A stretch of 64,000 bases of DNA, from the NCBI GenBank assembly GCA_043797085.1, contig JAZDQA010000012.1, positions 126,883 through 190,882 of the forward strand, read 5' to 3'. Below the pieces are notes generated by a model. That model made no database searches and was not told the origin of the DNA. It saw only the letters and a program-made list of their open reading frames with translations. Position numbers and translations under genes: made by a program. This DNA comes from Pseudomonadota bacterium (GTDB lineage Bacteria > Campylobacterota > Campylobacteria > Campylobacterales > Sulfurimonadaceae). Shown here piece by piece: positions 1-10,973 of the stretch (position 1 is the first letter of the stretch; each line of letters begins with the position of its first letter).

Positions 1-242
1 ATTTTAGAGATTAAAAAACGGATCAATTCTGCAGTTGTTCTGACACGGTATTGCTTCACTTCTTCCAAGGTCTTTTTATCCAATAAAGGGGTGAATCGAT
101 CAATACCGCCACAGTCTTCTACTTGCACGCCCGCTTTTTTTGCTTCCATACAAAACGTTTGAGCATACACATCCGGTGTCCATACTTTACCTTCAGCTTT
201 AAGCCGTTCTACCGTATTACGTACAATTTGATTGATTGTCAC
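1..242 (-). CDS. 5' part of a protein running off the window (MTINQIVRNTVERLKAEGK...); possibly the N-terminus of a GGDEF-domain protein
   Basis: GTG at 242 preceded by AAGGAG; frame open to position 1; product assignment is only a recollected resemblance. Confidence 0.6.
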   Translation of the reverse strand, partial: MTINQIVRNTVERLKAEGKVWTPDVYAQTFCMEAKKAGVQVEDCGGIDRFTPLLDKKTLEEVKQYRVRTTAELIRFLISK

Positions 243-244
243 TG

Positions 245-751
245 TTACTCCTTTGGAAGGTTTGAGCCTTGCGCTGCGACTTGAGCGATAAACACATCAA
301 TTGCTTTTTGTGAACTTTGTCGTATCGCTTCAAAACGAGACTGATCAGAGATAATCGCATTGGGCTCTATGTCAAAATCATACACACCTGATACCGAATA
401 ATGTCCCTTTGAAGCTTTCGAAACTCTCTCAACATTCATAGAAACCCTCGTTCGATACGTTATTATATATCCATTTGTGTCATAGCGCAATGGAAAAAAT
501 CCAACCGATGCTATCCGAAACTTCAAATGCGTTTGTGAACTGTTTTTGCCCACCAATGCAGTGCGAAATTTGGTAATAATCGCCGTATCAACAGCGTCTT
601 TGATAATGACCGTATTTTGAGGATCTTCCATTGAGATAACTACCTCAGTGCTGACACTCTCCCCAACAATATTTTTGGCATAATGACTGGCAGGCGAGTA
701 ACCGCATCCTGTCATCAAAAAGAGAACTGCGCATGAGAGTAGAAATTTCAT
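245..751 (-). CDS. lptE: LPS-assembly lipoprotein, LptE family
   Basis: Lipobox LMTGCGY; position directly downstream of leuS as usual. Confidence 0.75.
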   Translation of the reverse strand: MKFLLSCAVLFLMTGCGYSPASHYAKNIVGESVSTEVVISMEDPQNTVIIKDAVDTAIITKFRTALVGKNSSQTHLKFRIASVGFFPLRYDTNGYIITYRTRVSMNVERVSKASKGHYSVSGVYDFDIEPNAIISDQSRFEAIRQSSQKAIDVFIAQVAAQGSNLPKE

Positions 752-753
752 CC

Positions 754-3204
754 CTAACCTTTTATAACGAGATTGACGAGTTTTCCGGGGACAACAATCG
801 ATTTTACTATCTCTTTATCTTCTAGCCATTTTTCAACAGAAGCTTTTGCTATTGCAATAATCTCTTCATCAGTAGTATTGACCCCTACTTCGATCGTGGC
901 ACGATTTTTTCCGTTTACAGAAACACCCAATACAAGCGCATCCACTTCAAAGACCTCTTCAAGCACATGCTGAGGAGAAAGATTTTTTCCGCCAAAAAGA
1001 GTATGAGAAAGTTCCCAACAAATATGAGGAACGATCGGTTCCATCACAGAACTAAGAATCCAATACCCCTCGCTCCATACATCCCGATTGGTTTGCTCGT
1101 TAAGGGCATTCATCGCTTCCATAACTCCGGCAATCATGGTATTGAAGGTATAGCGTTCATTGTAAACGTCTTGGGCACGTTTGAGTGCTTCATAGACTTT
1201 TTTACGGGCATTTTTCTCTTCTTTAGAGAGACTTGAATGATCTATCACTGGAAGTTTATTGCTTTTGTTTACATACGAACTGCGATCCGCAAACCGTTTT
1301 AGAAAACGAAATGCCCCCTCAACTGCACTGTCATTCCACTCTAACTCTTGGGTAGGAGGAGCGGCAAATAATATAAATAATCGAGCAGTATCCGCTCCGT
1401 ATTTTTCGATGATTGCATCGGGATCGACGGTATTTCCTTTGGACTTGGACATTTTTGCCCCGTCTTTTAGAACCATCCCCTGCGTTAACAGTTTCTCAAA
1501 CGGCTCATCAAACTCCACGTATCCCAAATCTCTGAATACTTTGGTAAAAAATCGCGCATAAAGCAAATGCAAAATCGCATGTTCAATCCCACCGATGTAA
1601 TGGTCCACACCCATCCAGTATTTGATCTGTTCGCTTGAAAATGCTTCCTTTTCCCAGTTAGCGGGTGAGGCACAAAAACGTAAAAAATACCAGCTCGATT
1701 CGACAAATGTATCCATCGTATCGGTTTCACGAATCGCATCTTTACCACATTGCGGGCATTTGCAGTGCTTCCACGTCGGATGTTTTTCGAGCGGATTTCC
1801 CTCACCGGTAATCTCAATATCGTGAGGAAGAGCAATCGGAAGGTTCTCTTTTTTCTCCATCACTAAACCGCAATCGTCACAGTGAACAAAAGGGATTGGA
1901 GCACCCCAATAGCGTTGGCGTGAGACACCCCAGTCTTTGAGTTTGTAGTTTGTCGTTTTTTGTCCGATTTTTTGGGCTTCAAAATAGTCAATTACTTTTG
2001 ATTGTGCCTCTTTAGAGTTTAATCCATCGAAGGAGCTTGAGTTAAACATAATCCCTGCATCGGTATAGGCTTTCGTTAAATCCAACTCACCCTCTAATGG
2101 TTTAATGACAGCATGAATCGGCAAATCGTATTTTTTCGCAAAATCAAAATCACGATCATCGTGTGCCGGAACCGCCATAACTGCACCGCTGCCGTAATCC
2201 ATCAATACAAAATTGGCAATCCACACAGGAACACTTTCCCCAGTCAATGGATGGAGAACATTTAAGCCTAATGCAACACCTGATTTCTCTTTTTGGCGAT
2301 CGATAGATGAACTGTTTTTCATCTCTTTAATTTGAGAAACTACATCATCGCTCAATAGAGTATTTTCAATCATATAAGAAACGATAGGATGCTCAGGCGC
2401 TAATGCCGTATACGAAATACCGTAAATCGTATCAGGACGGGTGGTAAAAACATCAAAACTTTGAAAAGTCGAGTTTAATTTTTCCTTGCTTTCGTCATCA
2501 AAAAAGAGATCAAATGCCAAACCGTTCGATTTTCCGATCCAGTTTTCCTGCATCGTTAAAACTTGTTTAGGCCAGCCGCCCTCAAGTTTTTTCAGATCAT
2601 CTAACAGCTCATCGCCGTATTGGGTAATCTTAAAATAATACTGATTCATATCTTTTTTGACAATAGGAGTATCACATCTCCAACAGCATCCGTCAACGAC
2701 TTGTTCGTTCGCCAATACCGTCAAATCATGAGGGCACCAGTTGAGCATCCCTTTTTTACGATAGAGTAACCCTTTTTCATACATATCGATGATAAAGCCC
2801 TGTTCAAACTTCGTATACAGTTCATCACTGGTTGCAAGTTCGCGATCTTTTGAAAACGAAAAGCCCAAAGAGGCAAACTCTTTTTTCATGTAATCGATGT
2901 TATCGTACGTCCATGTTTTTGGATGCGAACCGTTTTTAATCGCCGCATTTTCAGCGGGCATACCAAAACTGTCAAAACCGATAGGATGGAGAACATTAAA
3001 ACCTTGTTGGCGATAATAGCGGGCGAAGGTATCACTGAGGGTATAGTTTCGTACATGCCCCATATGGAGTCGTCCACTGGGGAAAGGAAACATGCTTAAG
3101 ATGTATTTTTTGGTTTTCGAAAAATCTTCACTGGGCTCAAAACTTTTGTTTTCAGCCCAAAATTTTTGCCACTTGGCTTCAATGACAGACGGGGAATAAT
3201 TCAA
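754..3204 (-). CDS. leuS: Leucine--tRNA ligase
   Basis: [13 protein letters not shown] (HIGH-like) and KMSKS motifs, editing domain [16 protein letters not shown]. Confidence 0.98.
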   Translation of the reverse strand: MNYSPSVIEAKWQKFWAENKSFEPSEDFSKTKKYILSMFPFPSGRLHMGHVRNYTLSDTFARYYRQQGFNVLHPIGFDSFGMPAENAAIKNGSHPKTWTYDNIDYMKKEFASLGFSFSKDRELATSDELYTKFEQGFIIDMYEKGLLYRKKGMLNWCPHDLTVLANEQVVDGCCWRCDTPIVKKDMNQYYFKITQYGDELLDDLKKLEGGWPKQVLTMQENWIGKSNGLAFDLFFDDESKEKLNSTFQSFDVFTTRPDTIYGISYTALAPEHPIVSYMIENTLLSDDVVSQIKEMKNSSSIDRQKEKSGVALGLNVLHPLTGESVPVWIANFVLMDYGSGAVMAVPAHDDRDFDFAKKYDLPIHAVIKPLEGELDLTKAYTDAGIMFNSSSFDGLNSKEAQSKVIDYFEAQKIGQKTTNYKLKDWGVSRQRYWGAPIPFVHCDDCGLVMEKKENLPIALPHDIEITGEGNPLEKHPTWKHCKCPQCGKDAIRETDTMDTFVESSWYFLRFCASPANWEKEAFSSEQIKYWMGVDHYIGGIEHAILHLLYARFFTKVFRDLGYVEFDEPFEKLLTQGMVLKDGAKMSKSKGNTVDPDAIIEKYGADTARLFILFAAPPTQELEWNDSAVEGAFRFLKRFADRSSYVNKSNKLPVIDHSSLSKEEKNARKKVYEALKRAQDVYNERYTFNTMIAGVMEAMNALNEQTNRDVWSEGYWILSSVMEPIVPHICWELSHTLFGGKNLSPQHVLEEVFEVDALVLGVSVNGKNRATIEVGVNTTDEEIIAIAKASVEKWLEDKEIVKSIVVPGKLVNLVIKG

Positions 3205-3222
3205 ATAAGACTCCTGATACTT

Positions 3223-4194
3223 TTACACGATGCCTTGCTCGAATTGAGCACGCATTTTCTCTTTTTCGATTTCTCTTATCGCTTTTTCCGAAAGTTTAGT
3301 CCGATATTTTTTCAAATCAAATCCAAGGATTTCCAACAACGGAGAAGCAACAAAAATTGAACTGTATGTCCCTACAACAACACCCACTAACAATGTCGTT
3401 GCAAACGTATGGATAATCTCTCCGCCAAAGGCAAACAACGTCACCAAAACAATAAATACGGTCAATGACGTTAGTACGGTACGAGAAAGCGTTCGGGTAA
3501 CCGAATCATCGATAATCTCATCCACACTGCCTGCCGATGATTCCGTAATCTCTTCACGTATTCGGTCAAATACAATAATGGTATCGTTAATCGAATACCC
3601 TAATATGGTTAGCAATGCTGCAATAACATCAAGATTAACATCCAACTGTAAAAGTGAAATAGCTCCTACTGCGATGGTAAGGTCATGAGCAAGGGCTAAA
3701 ACCGATGCCACAGCAAAACGCCATTCAAAGCGAAATGCTACATAGATTAAAATACCGACAATAGCAAAGGTTAATGCCAAAATGCCTTTTTCACGCAGCT
3801 CGCTTCCTACTTTGGCTCCAACAATGTCAACACGGCGAATTTCAAAAGTTCCCGTTCCGGACAACTGTTCACGAGTAACGTCTCCAATATCTCGAGTAAC
3901 ACTTTCTGAACTGTTTTTCAGACGAATCACTACTTCATCAGGCGAACCGAATTCATTGATGCTCGAACCTTCAAACATAGGATTCGCGCTAAGTTTCTGA
4001 CGCATTGTATCGATAGGAGCGGCACTTTCATATTTTACTTGAATAATGGTACCGCCGGCAAAATCGATCCCGAAATTCAGCCCTTTGGTAAAAATAATAA
4101 CCAACGATGCAATGACCATAAACATCGAAATGCCCATTGCAATTTTGGACTTCTTCATAAGCGGAATTGGCTTAGAATAACGAAATAATTCCAT
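3223..4194 (-). CDS. secF: Protein translocase subunit SecF
   Basis: GIDFAGG, GYSINDTIIVFDRIRE; start taken at ATG 4194 overlapping the secD stop. Confidence 0.96.
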   Translation of the reverse strand: MELFRYSKPIPLMKKSKIAMGISMFMVIASLVIIFTKGLNFGIDFAGGTIIQVKYESAAPIDTMRQKLSANPMFEGSSINEFGSPDEVVIRLKNSSESVTRDIGDVTREQLSGTGTFEIRRVDIVGAKVGSELREKGILALTFAIVGILIYVAFRFEWRFAVASVLALAHDLTIAVGAISLLQLDVNLDVIAALLTILGYSINDTIIVFDRIREEITESSAGSVDEIIDDSVTRTLSRTVLTSLTVFIVLVTLFAFGGEIIHTFATTLLVGVVVGTYSSIFVASPLLEILGFDLKKYRTKLSEKAIREIEKEKMRAQFEQGIV

Positions 4195-5765
4195 CACACA
4201 CTCCGTTTCACGCCAAACCATTTGGCGGTGTCTTTTGATTTTTCAATACGATCTTGCAGCATCATATAAATACCATGCGTCCCTAAAATAGCCGTAATCA
4301 TGGAAGCGATAATTCCGATGCTAATGGTGATAGCAAATCCTTTAATCGCTCCCGTTCCATAAACATACAAAGCAACTGCCGCGATTAAGGTAGTGATATT
4401 TGAATCCGTTATGGCTCGCATCGCATTTTCATATCCTACTTCAATAGCCCGTTTCACAGATGAACCTTCGGCTAGAATCTCTCGTATCCGTTCGTTGATA
4501 ATGACATTGGAATCAACCGCCATACCGACAGTGAGGACGATTCCCGCCATCCCCGGCAACGTTAATGTCGCTCCAAAAAGTGCCATAACTGCAATGATGA
4601 GCAAGATATTCACCACCAAGGCGATATTAGCAATCACTCCTGCACGTCGATAATAGACCATCATAAACAAAACAACCGCTCCAAAACCCGAAAGCAGCGC
4701 GATCATACTCGCCTTAATACTGTCCGCACCAAGGCTTGGTCCTACAGAGCGTTTTTCCATCATATAAATCGGTGCCAACAGCGCCCCTGAACGAAGAGCA
4801 ATTGCTAAATCATTCGCTTCGGCAGTAGTATAATTACCGCTGATTTGACCTGAACCGCCACCAATGCGCTCATTGATTACCGGAGCAGAATAGACTTTGC
4901 CATCGAGAACAATCGCCAGCCGTTTACCGACACTTTTGCCCGTGAAATCACCGAAGACTTGTGCCCCTTGGGAATTGAGTGTAAAGTTAATCACGGGATT
5001 ATTATTTTGATCGTATCCCACTTGAGCATCGGTGAGCATGGTTCCATCTAAAATTGCAATCTCATGCACTAAATGTTTCATTTTAGGCTGAAGTGCATCA
5101 TCAAGAATCTTATCCCCATAACTGCTTGCCTCAGCCTCGCTCATTTCCATTACTCGCATAGCGCGATCTTCATCGACTGCCATCAGCTCAAGCTTCGCAG
5201 CACGAGAAATTAACTCACGGGCACGCTGCTCTTCTTCGGCAGTTTTAATACCCGGGAGTTCGACCAAAATTTTATCAATCCCTTGCTTGGCGACCGTCGG
5301 TTCTGAGAGTCCGAACTGGTCCAGTCGATTACGAATCGTCTCAATTGCCTGATCAACGGCTTGCAGTTTTAATTTTGCAACTTCTTCTTGCGTTAAGACA
5401 AGGGAATATTTCCCTTCACTCGCATGAACTACTGTCCCTTGAAGTGTTTTAAGGTGTTCATCCAATACCGTTGCATCGTCATTGTCTAAAAGCTCAAAGA
5501 CAACCGTATCATTTTGAACACTTAAACTGTCCAACAAAATATCGTTACGTTCCGAAAAATGCTTCATTCCTGATGCGATCGATTTAAGTTGAGATGTTAC
5601 AGCTTCTTCGGTTTTAACCCCAAGCAGCATGTGCAATCCGCCTTGCAAATCAAGCCCTAGAGTGATTTTTTTGCCATCAGAATTTTGATTAAATGTAGGG
5701 ATTGAAAATACGAGCCCAAAAATGGTTGCCAGTATCAGAATAACGACGCGATAATTAAGCTTCAT
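4194..5765 (-). CDS. secD: Protein translocase subunit SecD
   Basis: LGLDLQGG, GMAVDSNVIINERIRE; start MKLNYR at 5765. Confidence 0.97.
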   Translation of the reverse strand: MKLNYRVVILILATIFGLVFSIPTFNQNSDGKKITLGLDLQGGLHMLLGVKTEEAVTSQLKSIASGMKHFSERNDILLDSLSVQNDTVVFELLDNDDATVLDEHLKTLQGTVVHASEGKYSLVLTQEEVAKLKLQAVDQAIETIRNRLDQFGLSEPTVAKQGIDKILVELPGIKTAEEEQRARELISRAAKLELMAVDEDRAMRVMEMSEAEASSYGDKILDDALQPKMKHLVHEIAILDGTMLTDAQVGYDQNNNPVINFTLNSQGAQVFGDFTGKSVGKRLAIVLDGKVYSAPVINERIGGGSGQISGNYTTAEANDLAIALRSGALLAPIYMMEKRSVGPSLGADSIKASMIALLSGFGAVVLFMMVYYRRAGVIANIALVVNILLIIAVMALFGATLTLPGMAGIVLTVGMAVDSNVIINERIREILAEGSSVKRAIEVGYENAMRAITDSNITTLIAAVALYVYGTGAIKGFAITISIGIIASMITAILGTHGIYMMLQDRIEKSKDTAKWFGVKRSV

Positions 5766-6021
5766 CCTCGTACTTTCGCGCAACAGCGTCTTTGACTAAA
5801 CGCCCCTCTACGTCATTATTGAATTTCACTGCAAAAAAGGTCTCTTCGACTTTTTTAATTTCAACGATCAAACCGCCATTCGTAACCACTTTATCTCCCT
5901 TGGTAAGGGCACTAAGCATTTCAGCATGTTTCTTTGCTTGCTGTTGTTGTGGACGAATGATGACGAAGTACATAATCGCAATCAAAAAGACAAAAGGGAG
6001 TAATTGAGTTACTATTTCCAT
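5755..6021 (-). CDS. yajC: Preprotein translocase subunit YajC
   Basis: YFVIIRPQ, GDKVVTNGG; upstream of secD; start MEIVTQ. Confidence 0.95.
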   Translation of the reverse strand: MEIVTQLLPFVFLIAIMYFVIIRPQQQQAKKHAEMLSALTKGDKVVTNGGLIVEIKKVEETFFAVKFNNDVEGRLVKDAVARKYEDEA

Positions 6022-6051
6022 GAAGATCCTTGGATGTATAAAAGTTGGTGC

Positions 6052-6084
6052 ATTATACTCAAAAGAGATTAACATCGCTATAAT
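6052..6084. promoter_or_regulatory. Divergent sigma70 -10 boxes for yajC (6052-6057, minus) and lnt (6079-6084, plus)
   Basis: Perfect TATAAT on each strand in the short divergent intergenic region. Confidence 0.7.
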
Positions 6085-6090
6085 TCGCCC

Positions 6091-7308
6091 ATGAAATTAC
6101 CGATTACTGTCCCCTATAACCTACTCGTCACTCCGCTGCTGATTGCACTTGGCTTTAGTGCTTTTATCTATTTTGAACACTTTCACATGACGATTAAATT
6201 CATCAACACGCTTATGGCGCTTGGAGCACTTTATGGCCTGCTGCATGCTCCGCGCATTGCACTTCCCATAGCAGGATTTTGGATTGGTCTTCTTTGGTGC
6301 TACTGGATTGGTTTCAGTTTTCAATATTATGGGTTTGGATGGGCTACATGGCTAATAGCTCTTGGTTTTGGCGGTGTCTATGCTCTTTATTATGGAACAC
6401 TTGGACTAACGAGCAATCCATGGCTTCGAGCACTTATACTCTTTGGATTAACCTATGTATGGCCAATGGATTTTAACTGGATGCAGCCTGAACTTATTTT
6501 TGTAGAAAGTTATCTCGGTTTTGAAAAATGGCAATTTGCCTTAGTCTTAGCACTTTTAGCCTCCACATCATGGTTTTACCGACAGAAAAAGCTTCTGCCT
6601 CTGCTATTGCTCCCCTTGACCATGCAACCAAAATATACTCCGCCTCCACCGCCACCACTGAAAATCAAACTCATCTCAACCGACATTCCGCAGGATTTAA
6701 AATGGCAGGGATTTATTCTCGAAGATACCATTAATAATAATCTGGATCTTATCGATGAAGCAATAGCTCAGAAATATGATCTAGTCGTTTTACCCGAAGC
6801 CGCGTTTACCCTCTATATGAATCATGCTCCGATGTTAATGAAAGAACTGCAAAAAAAATCTGCCTCTATTGCTATTCTCACAGGAACACTCCACGATGAA
6901 AAAAATCTCAACTACAATGTGTCGTATCTTTTTGATCATGGCAAAATCACGGTAGCCAAAAAAATGATTCTTGTCCCTTTTGGAGAATACATACCTCTGC
7001 CGTCGTTTTTAAAAGTGTGGGTAAATCGTCAAATTTTTGGGGGAGGATCGGATTTCGTTACGGCAGATAAGCCAACCGATTTTAGTATAAAAGGGGTGAA
7101 ATTTCGTAATGCTATCTGTTACGAAGCCACACGCGAGGAACTTTACACTCCCGACGCTCGCTATCTCATCGCAACCAGTAACAACGGATGGTTTAAACCT
7201 TCTATCGAACCTACATTGCAAAATCTCTTAATCCGATTTTATGCACGAAAAAATAATTCGATGGTGTTTCATTCCGCCAATGGCGGAGGAAGCGGAATAG
7301 TCTTTTAG
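6091..7308 (+). CDS. lnt: Apolipoprotein N-acyltransferase
   Basis: N-terminal TM helices, nitrilase-fold motifs LPEAA, KMILVPFGEY, ICYE. Confidence 0.93.
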   Translation: MKLPITVPYNLLVTPLLIALGFSAFIYFEHFHMTIKFINTLMALGALYGLLHAPRIALPIAGFWIGLLWCYWIGFSFQYYGFGWATWLIALGFGGVYALYYGTLGLTSNPWLRALILFGLTYVWPMDFNWMQPELIFVESYLGFEKWQFALVLALLASTSWFYRQKKLLPLLLLPLTMQPKYTPPPPPPLKIKLISTDIPQDLKWQGFILEDTINNNLDLIDEAIAQKYDLVVLPEAAFTLYMNHAPMLMKELQKKSASIAILTGTLHDEKNLNYNVSYLFDHGKITVAKKMILVPFGEYIPLPSFLKVWVNRQIFGGGSDFVTADKPTDFSIKGVKFRNAICYEATREELYTPDARYLIATSNNGWFKPSIEPTLQNLLIRFYARKNNSMVFHSANGGGSGIVF

Positions 7309-8762
7309 TGTCGTACTGTTAAATTTTTAGCATTAATCGCAGCAATGATTTGCTCGATTTGTTTCATCTTTGTCTCTTCATCATCCATATTGTGGATAGC
7401 ATCGAGATTAAAAGTACTCAATTTAGTATCCAAATAACCTGTATCCAAGTTTCCGGCTATAAAATCTGGATCACGAACAATTTGACGGTGAAGTGAAATA
7501 TTGGTAGGTACACCCTCGATGATAAATTCATCCAGTGCACGTCGTGCTTTACGTACAACGTCTTCCCATGTCAATGCTGAAACGATAAGCTTTCCGATCA
7601 TAGAATCATAGTTTGATGGAATTTGATAGTTGGTATATGCCATACTGTCCAAACGCACACCTGGACCACCTGGAGCTAGATAGTTCGTAATAAGACCCGG
7701 TGACGGTACAAATCCAAGTTTTGGATTTTCAGCATTAATACGGAATTCAATAGCATATCCACGGAATTTAATCTCTTCTTGCAAGAAAATAAGTTGATCA
7801 CCCTCAGCAATTTGAATCATACGTTGGATCAAATCGATTCCTGAAATTGCTTCGGTAACCGGATGCTCAACTTGAACACGGGTATTCATTTCGATGAAAT
7901 AAATATTGTCATCTTGGTCTACTAGATATTCGATCGTACCGACACTTTCATATCCAAGTTTGAACATCGCTTTGGTCGAAATACGGTAGAGCTCACGACG
8001 AGTTGTTTCATTTAACAACGGGGATGGAGCAATTTCGATTACCTTTTGGTGACGACGCTGAATGGAACAGTCACGATCGCCCAAGTGGACAACGTTACCG
8101 TATTTATCAGCAACAATTTGGATTTCAATATGACGAGGATTTTTGAGATATTTTTCAATAAATGTTTCACCACGATTGAAAAATCGTAATGCTTCATTGG
8201 TCGCAGACTCATACATCTCTTTAAAATCTTCCGCTTTCTCAACGATACGCATACCGCGTCCGCCTCCGCCGAAAGCCGCTTTAATAATAACAGGGAAACC
8301 TATCTCTGTTGCAATTTTTTCTGCTTCATTGATGTTGTCAATCGGCTCGTCCGTACCCGGAAGCATAGGAACACCTACGGCACGCATAGCTACTTTTGAG
8401 GCCATTTTATCACCAAAAAGGGCAATATGATCCGCTTTTGGTCCGATGAAAATAATTCCGTTATCCGCACATGCTTGCGCGAATTCAGCACTCTCGGAGA
8501 GAAAGCCATATCCAGGATGAATCGCATCACAATCTGCTTTTTTAGCCAAAGAAATAATACGTTCATAGTCCAAATAGGCGGCGATTGGATCACCCATAAT
8601 CGGATAACACTCATCTGCTTTACGAACCCAGACGCCGTTTACATCTGCTTCAGAAAAAACAACGACACTTTTTTTACCAAGTTCTTTACATGCACGAATA
8701 ATACGCAATGCAATCTCACCACGGTTTGCAATCAAAATTTTATTGATCGTTTTGTGCTCCAT
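7305..8762 (-). CDS. Biotin carboxylase subunit (AccC / pyruvate or 2-oxoglutarate carboxylase subunit A type)
   Basis: ILIANRGEIA, HPGYGFLSE, GGGGRGMR, EMNTRVQVEHPVTE, YDSMIGK. Confidence 0.93.
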   Translation of the reverse strand: MEHKTINKILIANRGEIALRIIRACKELGKKSVVVFSEADVNGVWVRKADECYPIMGDPIAAYLDYERIISLAKKADCDAIHPGYGFLSESAEFAQACADNGIIFIGPKADHIALFGDKMASKVAMRAVGVPMLPGTDEPIDNINEAEKIATEIGFPVIIKAAFGGGGRGMRIVEKAEDFKEMYESATNEALRFFNRGETFIEKYLKNPRHIEIQIVADKYGNVVHLGDRDCSIQRRHQKVIEIAPSPLLNETTRRELYRISTKAMFKLGYESVGTIEYLVDQDDNIYFIEMNTRVQVEHPVTEAISGIDLIQRMIQIAEGDQLIFLQEEIKFRGYAIEFRINAENPKLGFVPSPGLITNYLAPGGPGVRLDSMAYTNYQIPSNYDSMIGKLIVSALTWEDVVRKARRALDEFIIEGVPTNISLHRQIVRDPDFIAGNLDTGYLDTKLSTFNLDAIHNMDDEETKMKQIEQIIAAINAKNLTVRH

Positions 8763-8899
8763 CGAATACCCCAAATAATGAATTTTATTATGAAAATTAT
8801 ACCTAACCTAATATTAAACTATAAAACCTCAATGTTATGCTGTTTATTCTTTTGTTTTTTCTTTATTTCGTTTATAATAAGAAAAAAAATGGGGAATTC

Positions 8900-9823
8900 A
8901 TGAATATCGCCGCCAACATCACTGAACTTATCGGAAATACCCCCCTTGTACATCTTAATGTTCCTTCTAAAACTTCAGGCGCAACAATTTTAGGCAAATG
9001 TGAATTTATGAATCCTACCAGTTCCGTTAAAGATCGTATTGGATTCAATATGATTAAAACGGCAATGGATGAAGGTAAAATTACTAAAGAGACCCTGATT
9101 ATAGAACCTACCAGCGGTAATACAGGCATTGCTCTGGCTTCCATTTGTGCCGCTTTAGGACTTAATCTCACCCTCACTATGCCGGAGTCTATGAGCATTG
9201 AACGACGTAATCTGCTTTACGCCCTTGGAGCCAACCTCGTTTTGACACCCGCGTCTCAAGGGATGAAAGGGGCAATCGATGAAGCCAATAATCTCAATCA
9301 AAATACTCCAAATTCCATTGTTTTACAACAATTTTCCAATCCTGCCAATCCTCAGATTCATCGAGAGACAACAGCCCAAGAAATCTTACGCGATACGGAT
9401 GGGAAGGTAGATATTTTTGTCGCTGCAGTGGGAACGGGTGGAACCATCACGGGAACAGGCGAAGCACTGCGAGCAGTTTTACCCAATATTCAAATTATCG
9501 CGGTAGAGCCGAAAGATTCATGTATCCTCTCAGGAGGCAAAGCAGGTCCGCATAAAATCCAAGGGATAGGGGCAGGTTTTATCCCTGATATACTTAATAC
9601 CTCTCTCTACAATGAAGTCATTACCGTCAGTAATGAAGATGCTATCGCAACCTCTAAAAAACTTGCTCGCGAAGAAGGAATTCTCGTAGGCATCTCTGCT
9701 GGTGCGAATGTTTGCGCCGCTATTGCAGTAGCTTCTCGCCCTGAAAACAAAGGCAAAACCGTAGTTACCATCCTTTGTGACACCGCAGAACGTTACTTAA
9801 GCACAGCACTGTTTGAAGTCTAA
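8900..9823 (+). CDS. cysK: Cysteine synthase A
   Basis: SSVKDRIG (PLP lysine), EPTSGNTG, HKIQGIG; start MNIAAN after GGGG RBS, TATAAT at 8873-8878. Confidence 0.96.
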   Translation: MNIAANITELIGNTPLVHLNVPSKTSGATILGKCEFMNPTSSVKDRIGFNMIKTAMDEGKITKETLIIEPTSGNTGIALASICAALGLNLTLTMPESMSIERRNLLYALGANLVLTPASQGMKGAIDEANNLNQNTPNSIVLQQFSNPANPQIHRETTAQEILRDTDGKVDIFVAAVGTGGTITGTGEALRAVLPNIQIIAVEPKDSCILSGGKAGPHKIQGIGAGFIPDILNTSLYNEVITVSNEDAIATSKKLAREEGILVGISAGANVCAAIAVASRPENKGKTVVTILCDTAERYLSTALFEV

Positions 9824-10394
9824 ACTGTTTTTGGAGACCATCTTGTGCGATGAGGGAGTTGCCCATCATCTCTCTTATCATCAACGGCGGTTGGATTTAA
9901 CGTTACAAAAGTTTAATCTCACGGTACACTATAATCTCTCAGAACTTATAACACCGCTGGATGAGACTCTGTATCGATGTCGTTTCTTATATGATGATTT
10001 ACACTGCAGTATTGAATACCATCCCTACACTCCAAAAAAAATCACCACACTGCGTTTGATTCAAGACAACACCATAGAATATTCATCCAAATATGCCAAT
10101 CGTAATGATTTAAACACCCTTTTTGAGTTACGAGAGGGATGCGATGATATACTGATTGTAAAAAATGGATGCATTACGGATACTACAATTGCAAATATCG
10201 CTCTTTTTATTAACAATCAATGGCTGACTCCTGAAATACCTCTACTGAAAGGGACGACACGTTCACGACTAATTGATGAGGGGAAAATAATTCCTGCCAA
10301 TATAAGTATTTTAGATGCACTTAACGCACCAAAAATCGCCCTGATGAATGCAATGACAGGCTTCGTTGAGATGGAAAATGGTATAATACTTTAA
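9813..10394 (+). CDS. Aminotransferase class IV family protein (4-amino-4-deoxychorismate lyase-like)
   Basis: LFLETI, YHQRRL, ITDTTIANI, LLKGTTR motifs. Confidence 0.8.
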   Translation: MKSKLFLETILCDEGVAHHLSYHQRRLDLTLQKFNLTVHYNLSELITPLDETLYRCRFLYDDLHCSIEYHPYTPKKITTLRLIQDNTIEYSSKYANRNDLNTLFELREGCDDILIVKNGCITDTTIANIALFINNQWLTPEIPLLKGTTRSRLIDEGKIIPANISILDALNAPKIALMNAMTGFVEMENGIIL

Positions 10395-10396
10395 AT

Positions 10397-10474
10397 TTGA
10401 ACGCTACGCGGAGTAAAACCCAGCGTAGCTGCGCTTGCCGCTATGGCACTGAAGCTTGTCTCCTCGGAGGCAGA
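10397..10474 (-). repeat. Dispersed hairpin element, subfamily 1, copy A
   Basis: Minus strand: TCTGCCTCC-GA-GGAGACAAGCTTCAGTGCCATAGCGGCAAGCGCAG-[hairpin]-CGTTCAA; core shared with 20849, 61884, 63078. Confidence 0.85.
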
Positions 10475-10502
10475 ATTTAACTACTCATTAGGTTTTATCA
10501 AC

Positions 10503-10973
10503 ATGCTATACGATATTATAAAAAGCTCTTCGTTTGCCCGACTCATGGAAAATCATGTTCGTGATATGCTCATCTATCTGTTTGAAAATGAACAAAATTT
10601 CGGGATTTTATGCAAAATCGAATCGGTTAGCTTTGACCCTGTCCTCCCTAAACCTATTGCCGATGAGTTTAGATCCATGACACTCTTTTTTCTTGCAGGA
10701 TACACTTTTGAAAGTGCTCGTATCGACAATGACGTTTTAATTTTTGAAGCAGGGTTTGGGCAGGAAAACATTGGCAGTTTTGTAAGCGTCCCTTTGCTGT
10801 CCATCGTGCAAGTAATCATCGATGATACTCCGGCATTTGTTAATTTGGCACTTCCACATGAGCGAATAATGCCAGCAAACAGTGAAAAAAATGAAGGGGT
10901 TCAAAATTCCATGAGTGCCTTTCTCTCAAATCCTGAAAATCAGAAATTTTTAAAAGAGACACCGAAAAAGTAG
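10503..10973 (+). CDS. Hypothetical protein
   Basis: Open frame; the ORF-track start at 10443 lies inside repeat copy A, so MLYDII at 10503 is preferred. Confidence 0.75.
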   Translation: MLYDIIKSSSFARLMENHVRDMLIYLFENEQNFGILCKIESVSFDPVLPKPIADEFRSMTLFFLAGYTFESARIDNDVLIFEAGFGQENIGSFVSVPLLSIVQVIIDDTPAFVNLALPHERIMPANSEKNEGVQNSMSAFLSNPENQKFLKETPKK

